From positions 2,176,001-2,240,000 of the forward strand of contig CBDFIQ010000002.1 in the NCBI GenBank assembly GCA_965248195.1: 64,000 nucleotides of DNA, in the 5' to 3' direction. The notes beneath the pieces are model-generated. The model had not been told where the DNA came from. It was given only the letters and a program-made list of their open reading frames with translations, and did no database searches. This document shows, piece by piece, positions 36,479 through 44,509 of this stretch; position 1 is the first letter of the stretch, and every line of letters starts with the position of its first letter. The stretch is from Longimicrobiales bacterium. GTDB taxonomy: Bacteria; Gemmatimonadota; Gemmatimonadetes; Longimicrobiales; Gaopeijiaceae. The position numbers and the translations under genes are program-made.

Positions 36479-36715
36479 GTGCTTTTGGCGCCCTGTCTTG
36501 CAGGCGTCGCGGTTGCGCTCTATTCACCCGCGGCGACGCAGGCTCCATCCAGCGCTTCCGGGCAGTGGGTCGTGTCTCGGATGCCCGATGGCCGACCGGA
36601 CCTCCAGGGCAACTGGACCAACGTGACGGTCACGCCGATCCAGCGCCGGGAAAGACTGGGCCCGGTACTGACCCCGGACGGGTGGCGGCGATCGATGTGT
36701 TGTAGTACGCCTTGA
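36479..36715 (+). pseudogene. N-terminal fragment of a secreted PDLxGxW-type protein
   Basis: Signal peptide plus RMPDGRPDLQGNWTNVTVTPIQR, stop after 78 codons. Confidence 0.6.
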
Positions 36716-36905
36716 CTAGCGAGCGAGAGGCCGGTACGCCGCCGTGGCTTGGAAGCCCGTTAACGGGGCAGAGGGCAGCACCGTCCCCGTCGGGGCTACT
36801 GGCGTATCCGTCCCGACAAGAGCAGGAACCACCCGCACGGCTGCGGAGTTTGTACCTCACACAAGCGAGCCAGAGGCGCGCTACCACTTAGAGAGGAGGA
36901 TGACG

Positions 36906-37388
36906 ATGAACAGGATATATGGAGCGACCGTCATGCTGGGCTTGGTCGCCTCGAGCGCGGTCTCGGTCGAAGCCGCTGAGCTGGGCGGCCCCGGAGACGA
37001 GGTCAGCAACGAGATAGTTGTAGTGAACGACTACGTCACGCGGGTCCGCGTCTACGTGGAGGATTCTGAAGGCTTTCTGCACCAGCTGGGTCGTGTGGGC
37101 CGGGGAGAAGTCAAGCGGTTCGAGGCCCCAGCAGACATCTTGGAGCGTGGCGACTTCCGGGTCAGGGTCCATTCGCTCGCCCCAGACTGGTGGTCTCTTC
37201 ACGTCGAGGCGCCAGCAGACATCTTGGAGCGCGACTTCCCGGTCAGGGTCCCTCCGCTCGCCCCGGACCGGTGGTCCGATCACGCAGGGATCAAGACCAG
37301 GGCGCTCAATGTCGAGGATGACGAGACGGTGATCATGTGGCTCAGGACAGACCTGACGCAGTCGGTGGTCGAAGTCCGCAAGGGCTGA
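36906..37388 (+). CDS. Hypothetical secreted beta-rich protein with internal duplication
   Basis: AGGAGG SD, signal peptide VEA-A, VVNDYVTRVRVYV...LGRVG. Confidence 0.8.
   Translation: MNRIYGATVMLGLVASSAVSVEAAELGGPGDEVSNEIVVVNDYVTRVRVYVEDSEGFLHQLGRVGRGEVKRFEAPADILERGDFRVRVHSLAPDWWSLHVEAPADILERDFPVRVPPLAPDRWSDHAGIKTRALNVEDDETVIMWLRTDLTQSVVEVRKG
37120..37276 (+). repeat. Imperfect in-frame tandem duplication (84-nt period)
   Basis: 37120-37195 and 37204-37276 both encode EAPADILER(G)DF.VRV..LAPD.WS. Confidence 0.95.
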
Positions 37389-37404
37389 ATTACCGTTCGC
37401 AGGA

Positions 37405-37454
37405 ATCGTAGGGCCGTAGGGCATCGTAGGGCCGTAGGGCATTGATGCCCTGCG
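37405..37454 (+). repeat. 18-nt tandem repeat (4x CGTAGGGC) ending in a hairpin
   Basis: ATCGTAGGGCCGTAGGGC x2; last unit CGTAGGGCAT-TG-ATGCCCTGCG is an inverted repeat. Confidence 0.85.
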
Positions 37455-37640
37455 GCGCCTACTATTACAGTGAAGAGTGAAGATCCAAGACACTCGGAGA
37501 TACCGAAAGGTAGCCCCCGGGGGCACCCGCAGGGGCACCGTGGAGCGTGGGGAACAGCGCACGTCAACGAACGAACGGCAGGGAACCGAGCCTGCGTGTG
37601 CGGGGTAGGAATTTCGCTGATTCTGCTGGAGATGGATGCA

Positions 37641-38387
37641 ATGCCACACCCCTCGATCCGACCCTGGGCTGGAGCGCTGGCTGCTCTGGGGCTTCTCCTC
37701 GCCAGCCAGCACGCCCTGGCCCTCACCGCCACCCCACAGCAGCCGCTGCCGGGAATGCAGAGGGAGGCAGCTCCCCTCCAGGGTATCGTCGTCCACGAGT
37801 CGAACGGCCAGCCCATTGAATCGGCTACGGTCACGGTGCTCGGCACGGACATCGAGACCCAGACCGGGAGATACGGCGACTTCGCGTTTCCCGACCTACA
37901 CTTCGGATTGATGTCGGTCCGTGTCACCGCACCGGGGCACCCCAGCCTCGTGCAGGAAGTCGAGATCAAGCGCGATGGGATCGTCTTCGTTCGCTTCGTT
38001 CTCCCTTCGGTCGCCGCCGTGCTCTCCGAGCTGCTGGTGGGGGTTTCCCGCGACGAACCGATGGCCGGCCTGCTCACCGCGGCGGACCTGCTCGCGATCG
38101 AAGTCCCCTCCGCGCGTGTGAGATCCGGCAACGCCGGAAAGACCGACTACGCGATCCGGCTGCGGGAGTCCGCCACCAGCTTCACGCAGAGCGTTGAGCC
38201 CCTCGTCTTCGTCGATGGCGTCATGATCTCGGGGCTCGGGCAGGCGTTCGAAGCCCTGAGCCAGATTTCGGCCTGGGACGTGGAAGACATCGAGGTTCTG
38301 CGGGGCCCTGTGGCTGCGTTCCTCTATCCAATGGCGGCGAACGGCGTCGTGCTGGTGAAGACGCGGTCGGGCCGCCACGGCCGGTAG
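37641..38387 (+). CDS. Secreted carboxypeptidase-regulatory-like + TonB-dependent plug domain protein lacking a barrel
   Basis: Signal peptide; GQPIESATVTV, PLVFVDGV, EDIEVLRGPVAAFLY, ANGVVLVKTR then stop. Confidence 0.85.
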   Translation: MPHPSIRPWAGALAALGLLLASQHALALTATPQQPLPGMQREAAPLQGIVVHESNGQPIESATVTVLGTDIETQTGRYGDFAFPDLHFGLMSVRVTAPGHPSLVQEVEIKRDGIVFVRFVLPSVAAVLSELLVGVSRDEPMAGLLTAADLLAIEVPSARVRSGNAGKTDYAIRLRESATSFTQSVEPLVFVDGVMISGLGQAFEALSQISAWDVEDIEVLRGPVAAFLYPMAANGVVLVKTRSGRHGR

Positions 38388-38454
38388 AGCCACCAGTACC
38401 ACGAGAGGATCCGGACCGACCGTAGGGGCTACACGGCCGCCGCATACCGCCCGG

Positions 38455-38949
38455 CTAGTTGTTGAGAGCGCCCTGCTCGATCCAATTCCGGATGTTGGTC
38501 AGATCGATGCTATCGAGCGGTACGCCCCCTTGAGGCATGAGCCCTCCCACCCTCCGACGGTCCTCAAGGGCGATGACCAGGTAACTGTCCTGGGCATTGT
38601 TGGGCACGACCCGAATGAAGCCGGATTCTGCCTGTGCCGGCTTGTTCACGAGGTTGCCGAAGGCAGCCCCCGCTCGAAGATCCAGGCCCCCCCTACGGGC
38701 GTCACCATGGCAGCCCTGGGCCGTACAGCTCCGATCATCGAAGATTTCCTGGATGTCCGCGGAAAAGGACGGCTCCGCCTTAATGAAATGCGGACGACCG
38801 CCTCCGCCGCCGTTTCCCTCACCCCCGTCCGGTTGCGTAGGATTCCCGTCTCCCTCGCAAGCGGCCAGAAACAGAACCGCCGTCAGCCGTGCCAGCGTGC
38901 GCACCCGAGCCTTCGTCCAAGCTTTCCCAAAATCCACCGTCGGCCCCAT
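38455..38949 (-). CDS. Lipoprotein with CX4CH motif, putative c-type cytochrome domain
   Basis: FLAAC lipobox, Gly linker, FSADIQEIF...CTAQGCH...GLDL...SYL...MP...IRNWIEQGA. Confidence 0.75.
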   Translation of the reverse strand: MGPTVDFGKAWTKARVRTLARLTAVLFLAACEGDGNPTQPDGGEGNGGGGGRPHFIKAEPSFSADIQEIFDDRSCTAQGCHGDARRGGLDLRAGAAFGNLVNKPAQAESGFIRVVPNNAQDSYLVIALEDRRRVGGLMPQGGVPLDSIDLTNIRNWIEQGALNN

Positions 38950-39228
38950 CTCTCCCTCAGTTCGTAGCGTTGTCGTTTGCTTTCGCAACCAACCGGGGCT
39001 GGCGGGACAACCCCTGGCCCCGGTTGTCCGCGATCCCTCGTAGTGTCCCGCCCAGGGGAAGGTTCCCACAAATGAATGGGGGCGACCCGGACCCTCACCG
39101 GCGCACTGTCGTGGTATCGTCAGCCGGTTGGATTGTCTGCACGTCATGACGGGCTTCTGCTTGCGCCTACCGGCCCGCTCTCGGATGTTGACCTCGGGCT
39201 GATCCTCTCAAACCCAGGACGGAGGAGA

Positions 39229-39891
39229 ATGATGAAGACCCTTGGTGTCCTCTCGGTCCTTCTCCCTAGGGTCGTCCTCGCTAGTCTGTCCGCTGGAGAA
39301 GCCCAGGTGCGGCAGGTTCTTCAGCCCAGCGAGCTTTGCAGCGACCATTCCGACGCGGCCATCGCGACGTTCGAGGATGCGAACCTGGAAGCGCCGATTA
39401 GGGCTGCACTCTCGTTGGGTGAGCAGGATGATCTTACCTGCGGCTTGGTATCGGGGCTGACGGTGTTAGGTGCTCGCTCCGCTGGGATCGGGAGCCTGGT
39501 GGGGATCCAGAATCTCACGAGCCTGAGGCGGCTCGAACTGAACAACAACTCTATCACCGACATCAGCGCACTGAGCGGGCTCACGAGGCTTCAGTTCCTC
39601 TTCCTCGCGAACACCTCCATCACCGACATCAGCGCGCTGGGCGGGCTCACGAGCCTCACGCAGCTCTGGCTCTTCGAGAATTCGATCAGCGACTTCAGCG
39701 CACTGAGTGGGCTCACGAGCCTGACGCAACTCTTCCTCAACAACAACCCGACCACCGACATTCAGCCTCTCCTGGACAACACAGGGCTCGGACGGGGCGA
39801 TCAGGTCTTTCTCATGAACACGAACGTGAGTTGCACGGACGTGGCTGCGCTGGAAGCCAGGGGAGTTTTTGTGGACTCTGGCTGCCCGTGA
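39229..39891 (+). CDS. Secreted internalin-like leucine-rich repeat protein
   Basis: GGAGGAG SD; cap FEDANLE..IRAAL; four 22-aa repeats LTSLxxLxLxxNxIxDISALSG. Confidence 0.9.
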   Translation: MMKTLGVLSVLLPRVVLASLSAGEAQVRQVLQPSELCSDHSDAAIATFEDANLEAPIRAALSLGEQDDLTCGLVSGLTVLGARSAGIGSLVGIQNLTSLRRLELNNNSITDISALSGLTRLQFLFLANTSITDISALGGLTSLTQLWLFENSISDFSALSGLTSLTQLFLNNNPTTDIQPLLDNTGLGRGDQVFLMNTNVSCTDVAALEARGVFVDSGCP

Positions 39892-40187
39892 CCAAAGCCC
39901 ATTAGAGAGACGGCCAATTCCCCCACCTGATCACTGAGGTCGATCTCCAGTGAAGCCGAGGCATGGGGACCTGTCAATTCTGGAGTCGCGGCCGTCTCCC
40001 CGCCCGCAGGATCGCTCCGAGTCAGCTAAGCGGTGACAAATGACCTGTGAGAAACCCACCGTCTTGAAAGATGAGACGCCGCGCAGAGGAGCTTCAGAAC
40101 GTGGTCTTCGACATCCAAGAGCGGGCCGATAGGATCGCCTACGGAGAGAGGAGCCGGTCGGCGAACGCTCGGGGCCGCACTCACCCG

Positions 40188-41831
40188 TTACCGGACAAGC
40201 GGAGGAACGCTGGCGGGTGGACGCCGGTGCATGGTTGCTTGTTCGTAGGAGTAGGCCAGCTTGATGAGCGTCGGCTCGCTGAACGGTCTGCCGAGAAACT
40301 CGACGCTCACGGGTAGGCCCTCGGTCGTAAAACCTGCGGGGACGACGATGGCGGGGAACCCTGTCATCGAGCTGAGAATGTGTCCCCCAGGACCGCGTTC
40401 TCCGATTCGCGGGGCTGGCTCTGTTTTCATCGGATACACGAGGGCGTCCAAATCCTGGTCGGACATGAGCTGGACGACGACGTTCCGCAACGCTTGGTGT
40501 CTCAAGAGGCGCTCGAGATACTCCTCGTCATTCAAGGAAGCGAATTGCTCGGTCGCACGAAAATTGCGTTCGAGACGTGGAAGGAATTCACCCGACTCGA
40601 TGAGATCAGTCAGCGATTTGATCGGAGCGTCGTAATCTGGACGATTGAGATACTCGTTGATCGAAGTCCGAAACTCGTATGTGTTCGTTCGCGCATCGGA
40701 GAGAATTCCGACGAGATCGATCTCCACCCCCTGGTATTGATCCACGTACGCCGGATCGAACCGCGGAAGCATTTCGCTGAGCAGGGAATCGAACGGAACG
40801 GAATCCACGATGAACGCCCCTTGCCCCTTGAGCTCCGACACAGCGGCGCTCACCAGCAGTGACGTTTCCGTGTGATCGGGGCCGAAGAGCTCCCGAACCA
40901 CGCCGATGCGAGCCCCTTGGAGTCCGTCTGCCCGGAGAAATTCCGTATACGATGGCGGAATTTCGCCCACGCCCCACGCCGTGGAGATGTCCCTTGGGTC
41001 GTATCCTGCGATGGCGTCTAGGACGATCGCGGCGTCTGCCACCGTACGCGTCATGGGTCCGGCTCGGTCCTGCGTGAACGAGATCGGGACGATGCCGTAG
41101 CGGCTGACTACTCCCCGGGTCGGCGCGATCCCGACCAGGTTGTTGTTCGTGGAGGGATTGCGAATCGAGGTTCCGGTCTCCTCACCCATCCCGACGGTAG
41201 CGAAGTTCGACGCTACGGCAGCTCCCGTGCCGCCGCTCGAACCCCCGGGTATATGATCGAGAGCGTACGGATTCCGGGTCTGTCCCCCCAGCGAGCTTAA
41301 TCCTGTGCTCCCACTGCTGAATTCGTCCAGATTCGCTTTTCCCAGGATGATCGCGCCCGCTTGCCGCAGGCGTCGTACCACGAAGGCGTCCTCCGGCGGA
41401 ACGACCCCTTGCAACGAGATGGAACCCGCAGTGGTCGGCATATCCGTCGTGTCGTAGCTGTCCTTCACAATTACCGGGATGCAGTGCATCGGCCCCGTGA
41501 GGCCGGATCGGGAGAACTCGGCGTCCAGCTCTTCGGCGGTCCGGAGCGCACGCGGGTTGAGTGTGATGATCGCGTTGATTGCCGCACCTTGCTTGTCATA
41601 GGCTTCAATCCGGGCCAGGTACATCTCGACCAACGAAAGACAGTCGACGTCACCGGAGCGCATGGCCTCGTGAATTCTCTCGATCGTCGCTTCTTCGAGG
41701 ACGAACGGTTCCGGAGCCTGAGAAAGGTCGCACGAGGGGAGCGCGACGAGAGGCAGGAACAGAAGAAGTGCGGCTGGGAAGTGCCATGCGGTCGGAGAAG
41801 GTCTCCAGCCGCCTCGGCGCCCCATTTTCAC
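40188..41831 (-). CDS. Amidase-signature family lipoprotein
   Basis: LPSC lipobox; VKD, GGSSGG, ETGTSIRNP (Lys-cisSer-Ser triad). Confidence 0.93.
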   Translation of the reverse strand: MKMGRRGGWRPSPTAWHFPAALLLFLPLVALPSCDLSQAPEPFVLEEATIERIHEAMRSGDVDCLSLVEMYLARIEAYDKQGAAINAIITLNPRALRTAEELDAEFSRSGLTGPMHCIPVIVKDSYDTTDMPTTAGSISLQGVVPPEDAFVVRRLRQAGAIILGKANLDEFSSGSTGLSSLGGQTRNPYALDHIPGGSSGGTGAAVASNFATVGMGEETGTSIRNPSTNNNLVGIAPTRGVVSRYGIVPISFTQDRAGPMTRTVADAAIVLDAIAGYDPRDISTAWGVGEIPPSYTEFLRADGLQGARIGVVRELFGPDHTETSLLVSAAVSELKGQGAFIVDSVPFDSLLSEMLPRFDPAYVDQYQGVEIDLVGILSDARTNTYEFRTSINEYLNRPDYDAPIKSLTDLIESGEFLPRLERNFRATEQFASLNDEEYLERLLRHQALRNVVVQLMSDQDLDALVYPMKTEPAPRIGERGPGGHILSSMTGFPAIVVPAGFTTEGLPVSVEFLGRPFSEPTLIKLAYSYEQATMHRRPPASVPPLVR

Positions 41832-41851
41832 GACACTACCTGGCGACGTTG

Positions 41852-42823
41852 TCAGCGGGTCACGTTGACGGTCACGTCCTGGTCGACGAAGTAGCCTCCG
41901 TCATCCGTACGGCCACGAAGCACGTAGGTGCCCGGCTCGTGGAAGGTGACCCGAGTCACCCAAGTCCCGTCCTCCGGCTCATCCGGCGGGACCCAAAACA
42001 GCGACCACCGGGACTGGAAGGGCCTCGTATCCCACCACGTCTTCACCTGGTCGGGATCGAAGATCACCGCGTCGCCGTTGCCCCGGTAGACGAACCAGGA
42101 GTGGATCAGGGCAAAGTGCGTGCGCATGGTGTGGCTGGTGGGCTTTGTTGCCAACGCCTTCTCCAGGTCCAGCCCTCCATCCTCGGTGACGGGCAACGTA
42201 CTGTTGTCCCGCGCCAGAGATCCGTCATCGCTGACGTGCGCCACCAACGTCAGTGGCTCGCCCACCCGGACGTTCCGTACCCTGTCTCCCTCGAGCTCGG
42301 CAATCGGCGGCTGGTTTTCCGCCGCGCCTTCCCGAAATCCGCCGCCTCCGTACACTCCGCGCTGGGCCTGGTAGGTCTGGTCGTCGAGATAGTAGTCCCG
42401 GTGGAGCGATCCATACGCTCTCTTCGTCTCTCCCTGGGTCCTCAGCGTCCACACCAGCTCCTGATCACCGAAGTCCGGCGGAACCTGGACCTTGAAGACC
42501 ATGCGGGTATAGCGGGGCAAGAAGTAGCTCGGCTGTCCGCGGTCGGCCGGACCGGGCGAGAAGCTGTTGTCCAGCCCGACCGGAATCTCGAGCCTTTCCT
42601 CCCAATTCCGGTTCATGTAGCCGAACAAGAGGTTAAAGGAGCCGTTCGGGTTCCTCTGCCAGCCCTCGTAGCTCGGCGAGACCGTCTGTCCCCTCTGGTA
42701 AGTCAGCCCGTCCTGGCCCTCGACTCCCCGATGCGTCAGCAAGACGCCCAAAGCAAGGACCAGGAAGCACACACCTCCGGCGGCTCCGCCCCGCACCGGG
42801 GAACGGCCTTTGATGGTCAGCAT
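41852..42823 (-). CDS. Hypothetical secreted protein with Ig/PKD-like C-terminal domain
   Basis: GGAGGAG SD, signal peptide VEG-Q, PSYEGW, FGYMNRN, VSDDG, FHEPGTYVLR. Confidence 0.82.
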   Translation of the reverse strand: MLTIKGRSPVRGGAAGGVCFLVLALGVLLTHRGVEGQDGLTYQRGQTVSPSYEGWQRNPNGSFNLLFGYMNRNWEERLEIPVGLDNSFSPGPADRGQPSYFLPRYTRMVFKVQVPPDFGDQELVWTLRTQGETKRAYGSLHRDYYLDDQTYQAQRGVYGGGGFREGAAENQPPIAELEGDRVRNVRVGEPLTLVAHVSDDGSLARDNSTLPVTEDGGLDLEKALATKPTSHTMRTHFALIHSWFVYRGNGDAVIFDPDQVKTWWDTRPFQSRWSLFWVPPDEPEDGTWVTRVTFHEPGTYVLRGRTDDGGYFVDQDVTVNVTR

Positions 42824-42869
42824 CTATCGATCTCCTCCTTTGCCGGCTATCGATCTCCTCCCTTGCCGG
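42824..42869. repeat. 23-nt tandem duplication containing stop codon and RBS
   Basis: CTATCGATCTCCTCCTTTGCCGG / CTATCGATCTCCTCCCTTGCCGG, 1 mismatch. Confidence 0.95.
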
Positions 42870-44367
42870 CGGCGCCCACTGCCGCAATTTGGCCCTCGGC
42901 GTCCAACATGTCGGCCGGCTTGGAGGACGGCGGCGGAATCGTGGCCTTGCACAGCGGACAACCGATCACCCAATTGTTCGGCCCCAGATCGAGCTTCTCC
43001 ACCCGTTCGGCCATCTCTCGCTTGAACTCCTCGTCGCTGAGCGCGACCTCCACGGAAAAGAGGTGGAACATGTTGGACCTCGTGATGCTGCCCGGCCCCG
43101 ACCAGTTCCTCGGATCACTGATGCTGGGATTCTGTTCCGTGTTGTTCAGCTCGCCCGTGACCCTCAGGATCGTGCCCTTCGGCAGCAGCGGCGCGGCGTC
43201 CTCTCCGTACCAGTAGTTCCGCACCCAGTTGTGATCGTAGCCGATACACCAGAGGGTCTCCTCGAAATTGCCCCACATCGCCTCCAGGCACATCCGCCAC
43301 CCGGCCGCGTGCAGATGAGCCTCCGAGGCGAGAAGCTTCGTGTGCTCCTCCAGCACCCAGCTGCGGGTCAGTGGGTTGTCGGCCACGCCCGCCTGGACGT
43401 CGTGCGCCAGGCCGGCGCCATAGCGGTTCACCACGATCGGCGACTCGTAAGGAGCCTGGTAACCCTTCGGATGGAATTTGTAGCCGAACTCCAAGTGAGC
43501 CGAGGTCTCTCGTCCGTTCGAAGAGAGATGCAACGAGCAACTCGATATCTCCGAGTCCCCGCGCAGTAGCCGCCCCTCGTCTTCGGGAAAGATGTCGGCA
43601 TTCCGCCCCACTTCGTGGACGGGCCAGGTTCCCACACCCCTCCCGTTAAACGTCCCTCCCTCCTGGTCGGGCACTCGTGTCGAATAGGTCAGGTGGTGAA
43701 CGACCCACCGCGATCCCGCTGTCACGTCTCCATAGTTGGAAGGCACGTCGTTGAACTCCCGGACCTGGACTGCAGCCACGTACCGGTCCTCCCCCACGCC
43801 AATGGGTATGGTCCCCGGAGTCGGTGAGGGGATACAGATGAACTTGTCGGGCTCGTCGGCTCCCATGATGAAGGTCTCCGACCTCACCGTCAGGTCCGGC
43901 TCGAAGGCCCAGCCCTCCTTGTCATCGAACTCCTGGGGCGGCGGCGCGTCCGTGGGATTCCCTTGCGGGGCGCCATGGTCCGCCCACATCGCGATCTTCG
44001 CGATCTCCTCGTCGTCGAGCATGAGGATGTCAGGACCGTAGTCCTGGATGCCGAGGTCCCGCTCCAGGTAGTACGGCGGCATCGTCCCCGCACGGTCCCG
44101 CAGCCCCGTCTTGTACTTCATCAGCGGAGCGAAGGCCCGCACCTGCTCGTACGTCACCAGCGGCATGGGCGCCACCCCTCCCTCCCGATGGCAGGTCACA
44201 CAGTTCTTCTGGAGAATCGGCGCGATGTCCCTGGCGAACGTCACGTCGGCCTCGTCCGAAGGTCCCTGCAATTGGGCGCCAACTCCCACAGGCGCTACAG
44301 CGGAAGCGACCAAGACGACGAGACCGGCGATCCAGCGCCTGGGGCCAATCATCGCTTTTCCTCTCAT
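42847..44367 (-). CDS. Secreted c-type heme + copper type II monooxygenase-like protein
   Basis: Signal peptide VGA-Q; CVTCH, VVHHL, SLHL, EAHLH, YDHNW, SNMF. Confidence 0.8.
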   Translation of the reverse strand: MRGKAMIGPRRWIAGLVVLVASAVAPVGVGAQLQGPSDEADVTFARDIAPILQKNCVTCHREGGVAPMPLVTYEQVRAFAPLMKYKTGLRDRAGTMPPYYLERDLGIQDYGPDILMLDDEEIAKIAMWADHGAPQGNPTDAPPPQEFDDKEGWAFEPDLTVRSETFIMGADEPDKFICIPSPTPGTIPIGVGEDRYVAAVQVREFNDVPSNYGDVTAGSRWVVHHLTYSTRVPDQEGGTFNGRGVGTWPVHEVGRNADIFPEDEGRLLRGDSEISSCSLHLSSNGRETSAHLEFGYKFHPKGYQAPYESPIVVNRYGAGLAHDVQAGVADNPLTRSWVLEEHTKLLASEAHLHAAGWRMCLEAMWGNFEETLWCIGYDHNWVRNYWYGEDAAPLLPKGTILRVTGELNNTEQNPSISDPRNWSGPGSITRSNMFHLFSVEVALSDEEFKREMAERVEKLDLGPNNWVIGCPLCKATIPPPSSKPADMLDAEGQIAAVGAAGKGGDR

Positions 44368-44391
44368 GGCTTCTCCTCCTCGCACTGAAAC

Positions 44392-44438
44392 AAAACCGCA
44401 TCGTTCATAGCATCAAGAATAAAACCGCATCGTGCATA
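44392..44438. repeat. 18-nt direct repeat, 29-nt period (candidate operator)
   Basis: AAAACCGCATCGTTCATA (44392-44409) and AAAACCGCATCGTGCATA (44421-44438). Confidence 0.8.
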
Positions 44439-44509
44439 CACAACAGGCCCGACCCGAACCTTCCTCACATCCCGAGCGTCGTCCGGGCCGCAACGGTCGG
44501 AGCTCCGGA

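Noticed and set aside
37405..37440. CRISPR array
   Set aside because: Adjacent short repeats with no spacers and no cas genes
39500..39780. DNA repeats as CRISPR or DGR template/variable repeats
   Set aside because: 66-nt coding LRR units; no reverse transcriptase in the window
40071..40316. 81-aa plus-strand ORF after the LRR gene
   Set aside because: Half overlaps the amidase antisense, with no SD or recognisable motif
41579..43216. Long plus-strand ORF (545 aa) and similar antisense ORFs (44432..45796, 61129..62496)
   Set aside because: Shadow ORFs opposite well-supported genes, typical of high-GC DNA, with no motifs
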